A stretch of 33,416 bases of DNA from Candidatus Stercoripulliclostridium sp. (GTDB taxonomy: Bacteria > Bacillota > Clostridia > Christensenellales > DTU072): the NCBI GenBank assembly GCA_045594145.1, contig JAZNYA010000174.1, positions 1 through 33,416 of the forward strand, read 5' to 3'. Shown piece after piece: positions 19,361 through 29,367 of this stretch (its first letter is position 1; the number at the start of each line of letters is the position of its first letter). Under the pieces are notes generated by a model, which worked only from the letters and a program-made list of their open reading frames with translations, was not told the DNA's origin and searched no databases. The translations under genes and the position numbers were made by a program.

Positions 19361-20802
19361 TATAGCTTACTCTCTATCATCTTAATGGAGTAATCAAGGC
19401 GTTCTAGGCTCTTTTCTTTGCCTAGTATACCTGCCATTTCTACTGCTCCGCCGGGAGTAACTGCAGCACCCGTCAAGCCAACTCTTACGCTCCAGAGCAT
19501 TTGACCTTTCTTCATGCCCATAGCTTCGGCTTTTTCTGCAAGTGCAAGAGAAACGTGTTCTTCGTTAAAATCTTCTATTGCTTCCATTGCTTCTTTTGCA
19601 CCCTTTAGTGCAACAAGGCCCAGAGCGGCATCGGCTTTGAGTTTTTTGTGGTAGAAAAGTTCTAGGTCGTAATCACCGAATTCTTCTATGAAAGCTACCT
19701 TATCCAATATATCGGAAAGAACTTCTACACGAGATTGCAAAAGAACGTTCCATTTTTCATAATCATACTTACCTGCGATTACACTCTTATCATACCAGGG
19801 TTTTGCGAGAGCGGAAAATCTTTCCGGGCTTAGCTCCTTAATATACAAGGAATTTAGCCACTTCATCTTTGCTTCATCAAAGATAGAGCCGGACTTAGAA
19901 ATTCCATCTACGTCGAATAGTTCCGTCAAGGTGTCTATGTCCATCTTTTCTATGTCGCTCTTGGGTGCCCAGCCGAGTAGTGCAATATAGTTTACTATTG
20001 CTTCAGGCAAATAACCTTTTGCGATAAAGTCTTCGAAGTTAGCATCTCCGTAACGCTTGGAAAGCTTTCTTTGAGCATCCTTCATGATGGGGGGAAGGTG
20101 TATATATTTGGGCGGTTCCCAACCGAAACTCTTGTATATAAGGTTATACTTTGGGGTGCTGGAAAGATATTCGTTACCACGAGTTACGTGAGTTATTTGC
20201 ATTAGATGGTCGTCTACAACGTTTGCAAAGTTATAGGTGGGCATACCGTCGGATTTTAAAAGCACGTTGTCTTCCAGGTCTGCACAATCTACGTCGATTT
20301 GACCATAAACCAAGTCTTGATAGGACGTCATGCCACTTTCCGGTATGTTTTGTCTAATAACGTAAGGAACGCCTGCTTTTAGCTTTTCTTCCACTTCTTC
20401 TTTGGTGAGCTTTAGGCAGTGTTTATCATATTTGCGGTTGCCGTTTTCATCGGTTAGGGATTCCAAACGTTCCTTATCACAGAAGCAATAGTATGCACCG
20501 CCAAGTTCTACCAACTTGTGAGCATACTCTTTGTATATTTCCTTTCTTTCGCTTTGGACGTAAGGACCAAATTCACCGCCGTGTACGGGGCTTTCGTCAA
20601 TTTTAAAGCCTACGGTATCCATGGTACGATATACCAAGTCGACGGCACCTTCAACAAAACGTTCTCTATCGGTATCTTCAATGCGTAAAATAAATTCGCC
20701 CCCATGATGGCGAGCGAAAAGATATGAGTATAGTGCAGTCCTAAGGTTGCCAATATGCATAAAACCGGTAGGACTAGGAGCAAATCTTGTTCTTACTTTC
20801 AT
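19360..20802 (-). CDS. gltX: Glutamate--tRNA ligase
   Basis: RTRFAPSPTG, HIGN, LRIEDTD, YYCFC, KLSKR. Confidence 0.97.
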   Translation of the reverse strand: MKVRTRFAPSPTGFMHIGNLRTALYSYLFARHHGGEFILRIEDTDRERFVEGAVDLVYRTMDTVGFKIDESPVHGGEFGPYVQSERKEIYKEYAHKLVELGGAYYCFCDKERLESLTDENGNRKYDKHCLKLTKEEVEEKLKAGVPYVIRQNIPESGMTSYQDLVYGQIDVDCADLEDNVLLKSDGMPTYNFANVVDDHLMQITHVTRGNEYLSSTPKYNLIYKSFGWEPPKYIHLPPIMKDAQRKLSKRYGDANFEDFIAKGYLPEAIVNYIALLGWAPKSDIEKMDIDTLTELFDVDGISKSGSIFDEAKMKWLNSLYIKELSPERFSALAKPWYDKSVIAGKYDYEKWNVLLQSRVEVLSDILDKVAFIEEFGDYDLELFYHKKLKADAALGLVALKGAKEAMEAIEDFNEEHVSLALAEKAEAMGMKKGQMLWSVRVGLTGAAVTPGGAVEMAGILGKEKSLERLDYSIKMIESKL

Positions 20803-20813
20803 ATTACACCTTT

Positions 20814-21704
20814 TTATTTAAGAGTAGAAATTAGTTCGTATATTCTTTGTAGGTCTTCCTTGTTGTAGTAGTCGATGCAGATTCTACCCTTGGTATCGTT
20901 ACCCATAAGCTTAACTTTCGTGCTAAAAATACGTTTCATATCATCAACGAATTCACGCATTTCCAAGGAAAGACGAGATTTTTCTTTTGCACTCATCTTG
21001 CGGGGAGCTTTGTCGGGGTTGAGATAGTAGCGAACCTTTACTTCTAGTTCTCTTACGCTCATTTCTCCGTCTGCTGCTTGATATGCAAAATCTATTTGGG
21101 TTTCTCTATCGCTAATTGGAATAAGAGCTCTTGCATGGCCTGCACTCAAGCGGTCTTGTGCAACCAAACTCTTAACTTCATCTTCAAGAGAAAGCAAACG
21201 AACGATGTTTGCAACGCTACTTCTTGCCTTACCGATTCTGTTTGCGAGTTGTTCTTGGGTGTATCCGTTGAGCTTCATGAGTTCAGCAACGGCTTCCGCT
21301 TCTTCTATCGCATTAAGGTTTTCACGTTGTAGGTTTTCAATAAGAGAAATTTCTCTTATCATCCTTTCATCGATTTGTTTTACCATTGCAGGTATGGTAT
21401 TTAGTCCAACGGCCTTAGCGGCACGATAACGACGTTCACCTGCTACTATCATGTATTTATCGTCACGCTTAACTAGAATAATAGGTGAAATTACGCCTTG
21501 TACACGTATGCTGTCTTCCAACTCCCTTTGTTGCTTTTCGCCAAAATACTTACGGGGTTGGTTGGGGTTGGGCTCAATCATATCGAGTTCGATATTGTAA
21601 ACTTTTTCGCCTTCAACTACTTCAGTAGGTTGAACGGGAAGCACTCTTTCGTCTTCGATATTCGCTAGTAATGCGCTCAATCCTTTACCTATTCTTTTTG
21701 CCAT
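20814..21704 (-). CDS. parB: ParB/Spo0J chromosome partitioning protein
   Basis: N-terminal GKGLSALL, PNPNQPRK, IVAGERRYRA, LIENLQRENL, HTH TQEQLANRIGKARSSVAN, SAGHARAL. Confidence 0.95.
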   Translation of the reverse strand: MAKRIGKGLSALLANIEDERVLPVQPTEVVEGEKVYNIELDMIEPNPNQPRKYFGEKQQRELEDSIRVQGVISPIILVKRDDKYMIVAGERRYRAAKAVGLNTIPAMVKQIDERMIREISLIENLQRENLNAIEEAEAVAELMKLNGYTQEQLANRIGKARSSVANIVRLLSLEDEVKSLVAQDRLSAGHARALIPISDRETQIDFAYQAADGEMSVRELEVKVRYYLNPDKAPRKMSAKEKSRLSLEMREFVDDMKRIFSTKVKLMGNDTKGRICIDYYNKEDLQRIYELISTLK

Positions 21705-21722
21705 TATCCTTCTCCTTTCATC

Positions 21723-22421
21723 CTAAAGTGGATTACTGATTATTTTTTTATTATGTCTTGGGTATTCTTTGGACGTTACATCCGTTTTTTCTATTATAAT
21801 AAGGCTTCTTGCTTGTCCTTCAAGCTCATAAATGCGATTTTCTTTTACCTTTCCGCCCAGTGTTTTTATGGCGTTTTTCGCATTTTTTAACTCTTCTTCG
21901 CTCTTTCCTTTGTAAGCATACAAGTATCCGCCCTTCTTAATTAGCGGTAGAGTATACTCAACGAGTTTGTTAAGTTCCGTCACGGCTCTTGCCGATACGC
22001 TATCGAAACCTTCTCTATCCTTGCTTCTTGCAACGTCTTCTGCACGAAGTTTTACCGCTCTTATTCCGCTAAGACCTAGCTTTTCTATAAGTTTTTCTAG
22101 GAAAAGCACCTTTTTTCCGTTACTTTCTACCATGGTAACGTCAATATCCGGGCGAAATATTTTTAGTACTACGGCCGGAAAACCCGCACCACTACCTACG
22201 TCCACGTGTCTGGCTCCGCTTGGAATATCGTTTACTGCCCCAAGAGAATCCGCAAAATGCTTTACAATAACTTCATTTTCTTCCGTTATTGCAGTCAAAT
22301 TGACGTTTTTATTGTATTTTACCAAAAAATCCATATATGTTTTTAAGCTTTGTGCTTGTGCTTCATCACAATCATAACCCAAAGACGTTAATTTTGATAT
22401 GATTTTTTGGTTGATTTCCAT
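21723..22421 (-). CDS. rsmG: 16S rRNA m7G527 methyltransferase
   Basis: NLTAI, HFADSL, DVGSGAGFP, ARAV, YPR. Start set to ATG 22421. Confidence 0.95.
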   Translation of the reverse strand: MEINQKIISKLTSLGYDCDEAQAQSLKTYMDFLVKYNKNVNLTAITEENEVIVKHFADSLGAVNDIPSGARHVDVGSGAGFPAVVLKIFRPDIDVTMVESNGKKVLFLEKLIEKLGLSGIRAVKLRAEDVARSKDREGFDSVSARAVTELNKLVEYTLPLIKKGGYLYAYKGKSEEELKNAKNAIKTLGGKVKENRIYELEGQARSLIIIEKTDVTSKEYPRHNKKIISNPL

Positions 22422-22453
22422 CCCTTTCCCACGCACGCATAATAGTTATAGTA

Positions 22454-22482
22454 ATTATAACACTATATTTAATATCTTGCAA
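22454..22482 (-). promoter_or_regulatory. Sigma-A promoter for rsmG-parB-gltX-dut
   Basis: TTGCAA, 17 bp, extended TGn-TATAAT on the minus strand. Confidence 0.7.
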
Positions 22483-22523
22483 GCGTAAATTTTAAACACT
22501 TGATTTAATAAATCAAGGAGTAT

Positions 22524-22552
22524 AAAAAACCCGCAATTTTTTCTTGCGGGTT
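22524..22552 (-). terminator. Intrinsic terminator after lgt
   Basis: AACCCGCAA-N7-TTGCGGGTT with a T-run on the minus strand. Confidence 0.75.
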
Positions 22553-22561
22553 ACGTCTGTT

Positions 22562-23365
22562 TTAAGCTTTCTTCTTTTTCTTTTCCGGCTCTATAATGGG
22601 ATGTTCCTTTAAGTATTCCACTCTCTTTTCATACGCCTTCTTTAAGATGAAAATTAGCGGTATGCCTATTACTACCATGAGCAAGCTCCAAAATTGTGAA
22701 GGACTCATGCCCGGTACGAATCCGCCACGGTCATCACCACGCCAAAATTCTATGACAAAACGTAGTATTCCGTAGCCTATTAGATATATAGGAAGACCAT
22801 AAGGATTCTTCTTTTTGAGATAATATATCAAAATTCCTACGAATAATACGAAAAGTCCAATTGCTTCTATGAGATTGGTGGGAACAACCTTTCCTTCTAC
22901 TCCAACAAAATGCATACCTATGGGACTATCGGTAGGAACGCCGTAACAACATCCTGCAAACACGCAACCAAGTCTACCAAAAGCGTGTCCAAGTAGTAAT
23001 CCTAGCGGTACAGACGTACAAATATCTATAATTTTTGATTGGAATTTATTACGGAAAATGACGCAAAGTGTTACGAAAGTTATTGCTCCGCCTACAAATC
23101 CGCCCAAAAACGTAAGTCCGTTTCCAAAAAGGTCGAATCCTTTGGACGGGTCTTCGATGTAGGAATAAATTGCTTGGAATAGTGCTGCACAAAAGAAACC
23201 AACACCGGCCGTAACAACGCCGTTGATGGTGATAAAATCAACGTATTTGCTCTCTAGTTTATCTCTTTTTGCAAGCAACCAGAATACGATAAAGCAAGCA
23301 AGAACGCCTACCGCTACGCAAATACCGTATAAAGTTATTACTCCGCCTATTGAATAAGGATACAT
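22562..23365 (-). CDS. lgt: Prolipoprotein diacylglyceryl transferase family protein
   Basis: Multi-TM; LYG, GLTFLGG, GRLGCVFAGCCYG, PTNLIE, YGILRFVIEFWRGD. Confidence 0.85.
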   Translation of the reverse strand: MYPYSIGGVITLYGICVAVGVLACFIVFWLLAKRDKLESKYVDFITINGVVTAGVGFFCAALFQAIYSYIEDPSKGFDLFGNGLTFLGGFVGGAITFVTLCVIFRNKFQSKIIDICTSVPLGLLLGHAFGRLGCVFAGCCYGVPTDSPIGMHFVGVEGKVVPTNLIEAIGLFVLFVGILIYYLKKKNPYGLPIYLIGYGILRFVIEFWRGDDRGGFVPGMSPSQFWSLLMVVIGIPLIFILKKAYEKRVEYLKEHPIIEPEKKKKKA

Positions 23366-23397
23366 AACATACTCCTTAACTGGTTTTATTTCTATTT

Positions 23398-23426
23398 ATT
23401 ATACATCAATGATAATGAAATATCAA
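23398..23426 (-). promoter_or_regulatory. Sigma-A promoter for lgt
   Basis: TTGATA, 17 bp, TATAAT on the minus strand; SD AAGGAG. Confidence 0.65.
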
Positions 23427-23444
23427 TATCCACTGATTTTGCTC

Positions 23445-25301
23445 TTATAGTCCGCTTTTACGCAGATACAATATAAGCACGGTAACGTCTGCAGGCGTTA
23501 CACCGCTTATACGAGATGCTTGTGCCAGAGTCATGGGGCGATGGTCTAATAGTTTTTGGCGAGCTTCCAACCTTAACCCTTCCACTTGAGAATAATCAAG
23601 GTCTTCCGGTAGCTTCTTTTCTTCCATGCGTCTTGCTTCTCTGATTGCCGTTTCTTCCTTCTTTAGATATCCTTCATACTTTAATTCTACCGCAACAAAC
23701 GACAATGCTTCGGGAGAAAAATCATAGTAGGAAGAATCCACTTCCAAAAGCGTTTCCTTGGTTGCTTTTCCACGCCTTAAAATATCTTCTCCTGCGATAC
23801 TTCCTTGGGGCAAACTTTCGCCTATTTTACCAAAGGCTTCCGCCACTTCTTCCGTCTTATATCTGGTTTTTAGCTTTTCTCTAATTTGCTCTATTTGGGC
23901 AACCTTGGTTTGATATTTGGAATACCTTTCTTCCGTAACAAGTCCTATTTCTTTCCCCTTTTCCGTCAAGCGAACGTCTGCGTTATCTTGCCTTAGATGT
24001 AGCCTGTGTTCCGCTCTTGACGTCATCATTCTATAGGGTTCTTCCGTACCTTTTGTAACAAGGTCGTCTATTAAAACTCCTATGTATGCTTCGTCACGTC
24101 TTAATGTAAAAGGCTCTAGTCCTTCTATATATCTACTTGCGTTAACACCTGCAATAAGTCCTTGTGCTGCGGCTTCTTCATAGCCTGAACTTCCGTTGAT
24201 TTGTCCGCCCGCATATAAGCCTTTTATCTTCTTTATACCAAGGGCTGAGTTCAACTCTAGCGGATTTAAGCAATCATATTCTATGGCATATCCATAGCGA
24301 GTGATGATTGCATTTTCCAGTCCTTTTACAGAGTGAACCATCTTCTCTTGTATGTCGTACGGCAAGGATGTAGAAAGACCTTGTGCATACATTTCTTCGG
24401 TATCCGCACCTTCCGGTTCAATGAATATTTGGTGCCTTTCCTTGTCGGCAAATCTTACTACCTTGGTCTCTATGGAAGGACAATATCTGGGTCCGGTACC
24501 CGTTATTTGTCCATTATACATGGGCGCGCGTTCTAAGTTATTAAGTATTATATCGTGCGTGTCTGCGTTCGTATAAGTGAGATAGCATACCTTATCGTTG
24601 CGAGTAGCACCATCGGTAAGCATACTGAAAGTGGGAAGACCTTCGTCGCCATTTTGCACTTCCATTTTATCGTAATCTATACTGCTTGAAAGAATTCTGG
24701 GCGGTGTTCCGGTTTTAAATCTTCTTATATCCAAACCTAATTTTATTAGGTTTTCCGTAAGTCCTTCGCTTCTCATGAATCCCGCAGGTCCCGTATTTCT
24801 CGAATAATCGCCGGTTATAATTCTACTGTTTAGATATACACCGCTCGCTATAACGACGGCTTTTGCCGTATATACGTCGCCCATAGCAGTCTTTATTCCG
24901 ATAACAGCCCCGTCTTGCACGAGTATTTCCGTAACTTCACTTTCCAAAATAGCAAGATTTTGCGTTTTTTCCATACGCTCTTTCATAAGGCGATGGTATA
25001 AATTTTTATCAACTTGTGCACGAAGACTATGAACGGCGGGACCATTTCCAAGGTTGAGCATTCTGGTTTGTAGCGTTGCTTTATCCGCTATTTCACCCAT
25101 TACTCCACCAAGAGCATCAACTTCTTTTACCAAATGTCCTTTTGCCGTTCCGCCAATATTTGGATTGCACGCCATGAAAGCCACCGCTTCCAAAGAAAGT
25201 GTGGTTAAAAGGGTGCTCTTCCCTAGCGTTGCAAGAGCATTTGCGGCTTCTACGCCGGCATGTCCTGCTCCTATAACTATGGCGTCGTAATTCTTTTTCA
25301 T
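23445..25301 (-). CDS. mnmG: tRNA U34 carboxymethylaminomethyl modification enzyme MnmG (GidA)
   Basis: GAGHAG, MACNPNIGG, FKTGTPPR, GPRYCPSIE, GQINGSSGYEEAAAQG, YRMMTSRAE. Confidence 0.97.
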   Translation of the reverse strand: MKKNYDAIVIGAGHAGVEAANALATLGKSTLLTTLSLEAVAFMACNPNIGGTAKGHLVKEVDALGGVMGEIADKATLQTRMLNLGNGPAVHSLRAQVDKNLYHRLMKERMEKTQNLAILESEVTEILVQDGAVIGIKTAMGDVYTAKAVVIASGVYLNSRIITGDYSRNTGPAGFMRSEGLTENLIKLGLDIRRFKTGTPPRILSSSIDYDKMEVQNGDEGLPTFSMLTDGATRNDKVCYLTYTNADTHDIILNNLERAPMYNGQITGTGPRYCPSIETKVVRFADKERHQIFIEPEGADTEEMYAQGLSTSLPYDIQEKMVHSVKGLENAIITRYGYAIEYDCLNPLELNSALGIKKIKGLYAGGQINGSSGYEEAAAQGLIAGVNASRYIEGLEPFTLRRDEAYIGVLIDDLVTKGTEEPYRMMTSRAEHRLHLRQDNADVRLTEKGKEIGLVTEERYSKYQTKVAQIEQIREKLKTRYKTEEVAEAFGKIGESLPQGSIAGEDILRRGKATKETLLEVDSSYYDFSPEALSFVAVELKYEGYLKKEETAIREARRMEEKKLPEDLDYSQVEGLRLEARQKLLDHRPMTLAQASRISGVTPADVTVLILYLRKSGL

Positions 25302-25302
25302 A

Positions 25303-26625
25303 CTATTTTCCTACGCAGAATTTGCTAAATATCTCATCTACTACGCTTTCGGCTACGTCTTCACCGGTAAGCGATGCAAGTGCTGAATATGCACTCTTTA
25401 TATCAACCACTATGCAATCGAGCGTCGCTATTTCCAATGCATCTATCGCACTTTCCACCGATGCAAGAGCCTCTCCTACTGCATATATTTGTCTTTCTCT
25501 GGTGAGCACGGGGGCTCTAAGGCGTTTCTTTAACTCTAACTTGTCTTCTATAAGAGCAATAAGGGTATCTACGTTTTTGCCCGTCTTTGCTTCAATAACT
25601 ATGTCTGCAACACGTGGATAAGCCATTATATCGCCTTTGTTTGCCACTCTTAGATGCTTTTTATGTTTGATTTTTTCGTATAATTCTTCTTCTTCCTTTA
25701 CCATCGGCAAAGAAGTATCACATAAGAAAAGAACCAAATCCGCACCTTCTATCGCACGAGTTGCACGCTCTATACCTATCTTTTCTACCACGTCGCTTGC
25801 TTCTCTTATTCCTGCCGTATCCAAAACTTCTACGTTTACTCCATCCAACATAAAAGAGCCTGCGAGTACGTCACGAGTAGTTCCTGCAACGTCGGTAACT
25901 ATCGCCCTTTCATCCTTTAGTATGGCGTTCATAAGGCTGGATTTTCCTACGTTCGTAAGTCCGCAAAGAGCAATGGATATACCTTCTCTTGCTATTGCGC
26001 CCGTTTTCGAACTTTCATATAAGTCTTTGAGCTTTTCTCTTGCATCCATTAGGATATCACGAGTGGGATTAAAGGTGTCTTCAAGAAGCTCTTCGGGATA
26101 ATCAAGGGCTACTTCTACGTTGGCAGAAGCCGTCAAAAGTAGCGTCTTTATTTCTTCTATGCCCTTGCTTACTTCACCCTTCATCAAGCGATATGCTTGG
26201 TTTACTTCGGCTTCCGATTGAGCGTTAATCATATCCGCAAGACCTTCGGCTTCCGCAAGATTCAATTTGCCGTTAAGATATGCTCTCTTGGTGAATTCTC
26301 CTGGTAAAGCAGGTCTTGCTCCGTTTTTAACAAGTTCTCTTATGACGCCTTGTATTATTACCTTTCCACCATGCGTGTGTAACTCTACTATATCTTCGCC
26401 TGTGTATGATTTAGGCGTCTTGCAATACATGCAAAACGCCCTATCGTTAAAGTTTTTTGTTTGGACTTTACCAAGATACATTTTATTCGGCTCTACGTTT
26501 TCGAAACCGTTAGCGGTGAATATTTTCTTGACGATACTGAGCGCATCTTCTCCGCTCATCCTTACTATACCTATTGCTCCCCTTTCCACTTCGGGAGTGG
26601 CTAGTGCAACTATAGTGTCTTTCAT
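25303..26625 (-). CDS. mnmE: tRNA modification GTPase MnmE (TrmE)
   Basis: DTIVALAT, SYTGED, GEFTKRAYLNGK, GLTNVGKSS, GTTRD, DTAG, FCVGK. Start set to ATG 26625, immediately after the jag stop. Confidence 0.96.
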   Translation of the reverse strand: MKDTIVALATPEVERGAIGIVRMSGEDALSIVKKIFTANGFENVEPNKMYLGKVQTKNFNDRAFCMYCKTPKSYTGEDIVELHTHGGKVIIQGVIRELVKNGARPALPGEFTKRAYLNGKLNLAEAEGLADMINAQSEAEVNQAYRLMKGEVSKGIEEIKTLLLTASANVEVALDYPEELLEDTFNPTRDILMDAREKLKDLYESSKTGAIAREGISIALCGLTNVGKSSLMNAILKDERAIVTDVAGTTRDVLAGSFMLDGVNVEVLDTAGIREASDVVEKIGIERATRAIEGADLVLFLCDTSLPMVKEEEELYEKIKHKKHLRVANKGDIMAYPRVADIVIEAKTGKNVDTLIALIEDKLELKKRLRAPVLTRERQIYAVGEALASVESAIDALEIATLDCIVVDIKSAYSALASLTGEDVAESVVDEIFSKFCVGK

Positions 26626-26626
26626 A

Positions 26627-27463
26627 TTAGAAGGGTTTCTTGCTAGGTGCACCGTAACTCTTGGTCTTGGCGATACCTTTTTTACGGAAAGAAGCGGAAG
26701 TGCCGTAGCTTACTTGGGGAGTGGAAATACTGCTTTGATTGTTCTTAACAGGTCTTTCTCTTCTTACGCCTTCTTTGGGCATAATTACTACGTGACGATA
26801 TCTTCCTTCGCCTTCCGATTCCGTGGTGACGAATTTATCGTTTTGTAAAGCGGTATGAATTACTCTTCTTTCAAAGGGATTCATGGGTTCAAGCTCAACT
26901 TTCTTGCCGGTCTTATGGCACTTATGAGCAAGGCGTTCTGCTAGGCGAGTTAGAGTTTCCTTTCTCTTTTCACGATAATCTTCTGCATCGATGGTAACTC
27001 TTACGAAATCTACGCCTTCCTTATTTGCAATCCATAAAGATACGTATTGCACTGCATCCAAAACTTCGCCACGATAACCTATAAAGGAGCTTGCTCCTTT
27101 GCCGGTAACTTTAACGTTAATTTCCGCTCCGGAACGAGTTATCTCGCCTTCTGCATCTATTCCCATTTGAATAATTAGGTCCTTTATGAAGGCTCTTACT
27201 CTTTCTTCTGCACGAGCAAGTAGTTCTTCTTGGACTGCATCTATTACTTTTTCGTCTTCTTCGGAAGATTCGGAAGCAACCACTTGCTCTTCCTTTTCTT
27301 CCTTTGGAAGAACGCTTATTTCAACTTGGGCTTTCGTAAAAAGACCGCCCTTGCTTTTGACTTCTACGCTAACTTCTTCCGCACTCAAGCCAAGAGCAAG
27401 TAGACCTTTTTCGGTTGCTTCTTCAACCGTCTTGCCTTCGTATATATAGGTATTGTTTTCCAT
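26627..27463 (-). CDS. jag: Jag/EloR (KhpB) RNA-binding protein
   Basis: Jag_N GKTVEEA, KH IGYRGEVLDAVQY, R3H PMNPFERRVIH. Confidence 0.93.
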   Translation of the reverse strand: MENNTYIYEGKTVEEATEKGLLALGLSAEEVSVEVKSKGGLFTKAQVEISVLPKEEKEEQVVASESSEEDEKVIDAVQEELLARAEERVRAFIKDLIIQMGIDAEGEITRSGAEINVKVTGKGASSFIGYRGEVLDAVQYVSLWIANKEGVDFVRVTIDAEDYREKRKETLTRLAERLAHKCHKTGKKVELEPMNPFERRVIHTALQNDKFVTTESEGEGRYRHVVIMPKEGVRRERPVKNNQSSISTPQVSYGTSASFRKKGIAKTKSYGAPSKKPF

Positions 27464-27476
27464 TACTTTCTCCTGA

Positions 27477-28550
27477 TTATTTCTTCTTAACAGTGGTGCT
27501 CATAACGTGGTCACGTTCAATGGCATCTTGTTTCTTTTGGACAATGTTCCAAACTAGGTTAAAGATGAAGGAGAACAAACTAGAAACGAACATGTATAAT
27601 GAAAATGCCGCACTATAGAATAAGCTGAATACCGACATCATTAAAGGCATCATATATTGCATCATCTTTGTTTGAGATTGTTGCATCTTAACTTGTTCTT
27701 CGGTTTGTCCTGCTACTTGGGGTTGTTCCGGGGGTTTGATGAGCTTGGAAGAAACTATACTCAATACACCTACGAGAATAGGTAATATTAGATATCCGTT
27801 CCATGCCTTCTTGCCTTTTTCGTTAAAGTTATACTCTTCGATTAGGGGCTTCATAACCTTTTCGTAAGTAGTTTTATCTACTTCCGTAATTCCGAGTTTA
27901 CCCATTCCCGTTCCGGCATAAGTGGATACGTCCGGGATAGGACTCTTCCAAGTATCAGGCATAAAAATGTTGTCGGTTAATAAAAATCTTTCAAGTTCAT
28001 AGTTCGCAACAACAGCACTTTCTGCACTTTCGGTTGCGATATCAGCTGATTCAATTGCAGTTTTGCCTTCCGATATACTTTGATTATATGCACTTGCATA
28101 ATTTTCTTCATATACGGTCTTAAGATTGTCGAAAACAACGGAATTATGATACTTTACAGCAGAATTAAATCCGCCAAAAACAACCATAAATACTACTAGC
28201 GTTACGATAGTAGGTAGGCATGCTTTAAAAGTGCTGTATTTATACTTTTGATATACTTCACGTTGCTTTACTGCAAGCATATTTCTATCGTTTGCGTATA
28301 ACTTGTTTACTTTGTCCAACTCCGGCTTCATGATTTCCATTTTCTTGGAGTTTGAACGTGCAATAATCTTTTGCCATACGTCTAACGGTGCAGTAATAAG
28401 CTTTAAAATCAAAGTGAAAAGTATAACGGTTACCGCAAAAGCACCGATTACTTCACTATCAATTCCCCATGATAAAACCCATTTATAAAGCACGTTATAA
28501 ACGAATTTTCCCATTAGGTTTAGTTCTGTAGCAAGGCTCATAATGTCCAT
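27477..28550 (-). CDS. yidC: Membrane protein insertase YidC/Oxa1
   Basis: ILFTLILKLITAPL, KMEIMKPEL, ACLP, LILPIL, MMPLMMSVFSL, LYMFVSS; canonical position. Confidence 0.9.
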   Translation of the reverse strand: MDIMSLATELNLMGKFVYNVLYKWVLSWGIDSEVIGAFAVTVILFTLILKLITAPLDVWQKIIARSNSKKMEIMKPELDKVNKLYANDRNMLAVKQREVYQKYKYSTFKACLPTIVTLVVFMVVFGGFNSAVKYHNSVVFDNLKTVYEENYASAYNQSISEGKTAIESADIATESAESAVVANYELERFLLTDNIFMPDTWKSPIPDVSTYAGTGMGKLGITEVDKTTYEKVMKPLIEEYNFNEKGKKAWNGYLILPILVGVLSIVSSKLIKPPEQPQVAGQTEEQVKMQQSQTKMMQYMMPLMMSVFSLFYSAAFSLYMFVSSLFSFIFNLVWNIVQKKQDAIERDHVMSTTVKKK

Positions 28551-28783
28551 TTAGCCGCTCCTTTGAGATTTTCTCTTACGGGGTCGAATCCGCCCCTACG
28601 AAAAGGATTACAGCGAAGTATTCTGCGGGCACCCATAAAGCAACCGCATATTACTCCGTATTTTTGAATTGCATCGAGCGTATACATAGAGCACGTAGGC
28701 GTATAGATACAGCCCTTTCCCACAAAAGGAGAAAGTATTTTTTTGTATCCTATTATCAAAAACCTACAAATTTTTTTAAACAT
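28538..28783 (-). CDS. yidD: Membrane protein insertion efficiency factor
   Basis: CIYTPTCSMY, RILRCNPF, GGFDPV. Confidence 0.93.
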   Translation of the reverse strand: MFKKICRFLIIGYKKILSPFVGKGCIYTPTCSMYTLDAIQKYGVICGCFMGARRILRCNPFRRGGFDPVRENLKGAAKWTL

Positions 28784-29108
28784 TAAGGTGTCCCGCTTTT
28801 TGCAAAAGGTAACCTATCGCTAGTCCTATTTCTTCAAAAGATGCATCCCTTACCGGTTCTCTGGCAACCACAACGTAGTTATGAGTTCCCTTTAATTTCG
28901 GCATATAGGTTGCAAATTGTTCGTAAATCCTTCTTTTTACCAGGTTTCTTACAACGCTTTTACCTATCTTTTTGCTTACGCTTACACCTACTTTATTGTT
29001 ATGTGCAGGCACGAAATTAAGTACCATTAAAGGGGAGCCAATAGAGTTCCCCTTTTTATAAACATAACTAAAACTTGCGTTTCGCTTAAGCCTATAGGCA
29101 CTTTGCAT
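28776..29108 (-). CDS. rnpA: Ribonuclease P protein component
   Basis: RLKRNASFSYVYKKG, VGVSVSKKIGKSVVRNLVKRR. Confidence 0.95.
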   Translation of the reverse strand: MQSAYRLKRNASFSYVYKKGNSIGSPLMVLNFVPAHNNKVGVSVSKKIGKSVVRNLVKRRIYEQFATYMPKLKGTHNYVVVAREPVRDASFEEIGLAIGYLLQKAGHLNV

Positions 29109-29113
29109 ATCTA

Positions 29114-29248
29114 TTATGCAGCGAGCTTTGCTCTACCCTTTCTTCTTCTGCGAGAGAGAACTCTGCGACCGTTCTTGGTGCTCATTCTTTGACGGAAACC
29201 GTGTACTTTGCTTCTTTGACGTTTTTTGGGTTGGTAAGTTCTTTTCAT
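29114..29248 (-). CDS. rpmH: 50S ribosomal protein L34 (not in ORF track)
   Basis: Manual translation [44 protein letters not shown]; SD AGGAG upstream. Confidence 0.97.
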   Translation of the reverse strand: MKRTYQPKKRQRSKVHGFRQRMSTKNGRRVLSRRRRKGRAKLAA

Positions 29249-29317
29249 TGCTATTTTCTCCTATTTCGGTTAATTTTATAACTTACGCGCGTTTTATATT
29301 ATTAAGAGCGCTATTGC

Positions 29318-29346
29318 ATTATATATTATAACCCGAGCGGTGTCAA
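29318..29346 (-). promoter_or_regulatory. Consensus sigma-A promoter of the rpmH operon
   Basis: TTGACA (29346-29341), 17 bp, TATAAT (29323-29318). Confidence 0.8.
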
Positions 29347-29367
29347 GCAATTTTAAAGGGTATCGTT

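Noticed and set aside
29116-29331. 71-aa + strand ORF
   Set aside because: Antisense to rpmH and its promoter.
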